A stretch of 64,000 nt of DNA from Tubiluchus corallicola (taxonomy: Eukaryota > Animalia > Priapulida), in contig JAQGDQ010000002.1 in NCBI GenBank assembly GCA_030141605.1, forward strand, positions 1,426,001 through 1,490,000, read 5' to 3'. Position 1 is the stretch's first letter. Every line of letters begins with the position of its first letter. The notes beneath the pieces are model-generated. The model was given only the letters and a program-made list of their open reading frames with translations. It searched no databases and was not told the DNA's origin. Both the position numbers and the translations under genes were made by a program. Shown here piece by piece: positions 11,785 to 64,000 of this stretch.

Positions 11785-13440
11785 TGCTCATATTAAAAAC
11801 TGTGAACACCTTTAGACTGTGACAACTGTTGAAGTGATTGATTCTTCCATCTTTAAAAATTATAGCGTTATTGGTCACCCTTTCAGGTAATTTATTTGTC
11901 TCACCTGTAGCATAGTGATCATCACCCCGGTTTGAATTTCCTTTTTCTTATTTTCTTTCTCCAGACATCACATTTACAAATCTCATTGTCTATGCATTTA
12001 AGATCCAGTACTGTTTCACATCATTTCAAATTTAAAGAAGTTTTGCTTTTATCTTTCATTTAAACAATTTTTGTACTTTCGAGTGGTTTAGTTTCTCTGG
12101 CGTTCCAGCAGACTGTCTTTTCGGTGCTATTGCAGATTTGCTGCACTCACAATGTCAACAATTGTTTTGTTTCTGATTTTCATCGACGTTTAAACACAAC
12201 ATTGTTCCAACACGCAAAGTATCTCCATTTAATTAAAATCTCACATGGCCTTTGTAAACTGCTTGCAGGCAGCCCAGCATGGCTTCCACCGTATCAGTGA
12301 CAATGAAACTGGTAAAGCAAACAATTTTCCGGGTGTAAATCAATAACGAGTTTCTAATATGTCAGTCCCGTCGTGTATACCCTATATCAATAACCTTGTC
12401 CACAGGTGTGACAATACAGTTTACACAACTTATTGCTGGATAATTATTTATCTTGCCGCCTCTCACTTAACAGGAAGTAATCACTGCTATAACTTATCCT
12501 GTCCCGACATTAAGTAATTCTGAAACATGCGCGCATATCTTTTCAATTTACCTATATAAAGACAAAGATTAAAAATTAAATAATTATTGAATTTTGTTGA
12601 GCTATTTACAGTAGTGCAGTAACATTAAATCCCGACAACTTTACAACCTGGATCAATAAATACTTAATGTATTATTGATTCTTATTTGTGCAATAATTTT
12701 CACAACCTGTGTTACAGAACATTATTTGCTGAAGATATTTCATCAACTGTTCTTTTCCAGGTGTGTTCTCACGGCTATTCAATAAAAGAAACATCAATGA
12801 ATTTATTCAGCATGAGTTCAACAAATACTTGCATTTGTCTTTTGTAAATAAGTTCATAATAAGTACATGTACGTTATTGTGAGTTGTGACTTTCCTACTT
12901 AACAATAACATTCATGCAAAAACTATAAAATGAATAATTACTTTTGAAAGTGAACTATATGTTTGGACTCCAACTATATCTCCACTTTTGTTGGGAATTC
13001 TAGCCCTTAAGGACAATATATTTTTGCATTTCGTGATAATTACATCTATGTAAATGGATTATTTAAAAAAATTGCATTTATTTGCCCTTCAAAGTGCATT
13101 GCGGTTGTGTCTGTGAATATTTTTGCACAAAACTTTTACGCGTGACATGTTGCAGACCATCTCTGATACAGAGTAAATTGCACAATTCATTTCCTTTCAG
13201 CATTTTAGACAAAGCTTATTCTTCATCAAAAGTCAAATTTGAAATCCTGCCCTTTTTTCTCTTTAACTGAAGTGGTTTGATTTGCTTTATTGAGAATTTC
13301 GCATGATATATTACACGACATACTTTGTACATTTCCATCCACCCCAAAATGCCAAATTTCAAAAATGCTGCAGGACTGGTTAGCATGTCATGACAATTCA
13401 ACTATGTGCTTTTAGATCCCATAGGCATTCAAATGTTTAG

Positions 13441-13590
13441 AACAACAACAACAACAACAACTGCAGCAACAGCAGTAATGATAATGACGTTGACGACTAA
13501 GGAAACAACAATAACAATACCAACAGCAGCACTAGCATCAACACCAGCAGTACGAGTAGCAGCAACATTACCAGCCGCTGCCACCACCAC
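13441..13590 (+). repeat. Degenerate CAA/CAG trinucleotide low-complexity tract
   Basis: Read directly. Confidence 0.8.
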
Positions 13591-13706
13591 CCTTTCTAGC
13601 TACTTTCTAGTTATTTAGCTTTAGAAGGACTTTGTAAACAAACAAGAACAACAGTAAAGAATTATTATTTGTGATTATCAGTCTTGTAAAATTTATAGTT
13701 TTTCCT

Positions 13707-13938
13707 CTTTTCACATGGCAAATGTAAATGGTTTCGAAATTTTTTTCAAAACAGTTCGAGTATTGACACGGCACCCCATCTGTTTTCAAAATGTTTTTAC
13801 TAAATTATTTTGAAACCGTTTTGTGAAGTAGTTTGAAACTGTTTTAAAATCCTTTGAATGGTATGCCGTGAAGAATGTCTAGTGACTGTGTGAACCCTCA
13901 AACCATTATGGAAAATGGTTTACCGTGTGAAAAAGCTT
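13707..13938. mobile_element. Short MITE-like inverted-repeat element
   Basis: Left ttttcacatggcaaat versus right reverse complement ttttcacacggtaaac, with further internal symmetry (gacacggcaccccat / atggtatgccgtga). Confidence 0.5.
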
Positions 13939-14230
13939 AAATCTAGCAAAAAATAAGATAAATTTTGACAGTGAAGTTCAATCCATTCTGTCATTAACAT
14001 CCAAGAATTTAGTCAGAAAACAAAAACAGAAATAGAAATAATGTATATTAAACAATAATACCAGATTGATCTATTTGCAATATGTCAAATTAATAAAGAG
14101 ACGTTTTTTTCCCATTTTTATAATGAGTCATTCTGATGATGATTGTTGTCACAAGCGATGCGTTCATTTAAGCACCTGTCTTTTTGAGTTATTCTGCTAT
14201 TTTTAATAATAAAATAATTCTTTATTTTAG

Positions 14231-63225
<48,995 letters not shown>

Positions 63226-63379
63226 GTGAGTGCTGTTGTGTAGTCACTAATATTTAGTTTTATAGTGCCTCATAAACTAAATAATATGATGACGGTCAGA
63301 AATGTTCACAGTAATTTCTTATTGTATCTACACAATCTATACTCTTTCACTTATAAATCCAGTTTTTTCTTTCACACTA

Positions 63380-64000
63380 TAGTAAGTCCTTGCTTAACAA
63401 CTCCCCATTCAGCGATGTTCATGTTAAAGATGCTGAACATTTGACACATTTTTCTTACTTATCGAGGCACATTTCATTCTAATGACGATTTTTTTCTTCG
63501 CTTAAAGCCATTTTTTATTTGACTAATTACTTTTTTACCATATTTGAGGCTTTAAAACAGTACTTATAGCATTATTCGATTCTAAAAATGCACCAGTAAC
63601 CCAAAACAGTGCAATTATTATACATTTTTGCATCAAGCGAGAACTGTTTGCAATTTATATGCCTCCTGGCACCTTAGTGCAAACTTATTATGCTAAGTAA
63701 TTTTGCGGCAACCTGTTTGTAACAAGTAATTTTGCGGTAACAAGCTAACTGCTTAGGGCTTTTATCGCTAACTAAATATTGCTAATAAAGATTGGTTTGG
63801 TGGTTTCAAGTAAGCAGACAGAAATTAATCAGTAAAAGTATGAATAAAATCAGTAAAAGTATGAATTAAATAAAATATTTAATTTATATGTTTAAAGCAA
63901 CGTTGATTTTTGCCTCTAGTATGTATCTTAGTTGTTTTACATAATTCCTAAGGAAGTTTCACTTAACATCACATTTTGCTGTAATACATTAACGTTGTTA
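63380..64000. mobile_element. Probable pogo/Tigger-like MITE, right TIR cut by the window edge
   Basis: ta|tagtaagtccttgcttaacaac resembles pogo-type TIRs. The window ends in gttgtta, the first bases of the reverse complement of that TIR. Confidence 0.45.

Overview
AT-rich animal genomic DNA with spliceosomal introns; an invertebrate, possibly a cnidarian, but that is inferred from GC content, intron density and receptor style. The window lies inside one large plus-strand gene encoding beta-heavy spectrin (SPTBN5/karst/SMA-1 type). I traced 53 coding exons by hand from 14231 to 63225. They splice in frame to 8097 nt (2699 codons): the C-terminal half of an SH3 domain followed by roughly 24 spectrin repeats. 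Both ends of the gene are outside the window. Two single-exon class A GPCR genes lie antisense within the two largest introns (10798-11784 and 45876-46910). One intron appears to need a non-canonical GC donor (38800). The introns hold many transposon relics: PIF/Harbinger-type and hAT-type non-autonomous elements with TIRs and TSDs, a deleted Tc1, CR1 and RTE LINE fragments, a tRNA-derived SINE, and mini- and microsatellites. I found no prokaryotic system or CRISPR array, and nothing I can defend as a wholly new biological system. The best leads are the two nested orphan GPCRs with altered conserved motifs.
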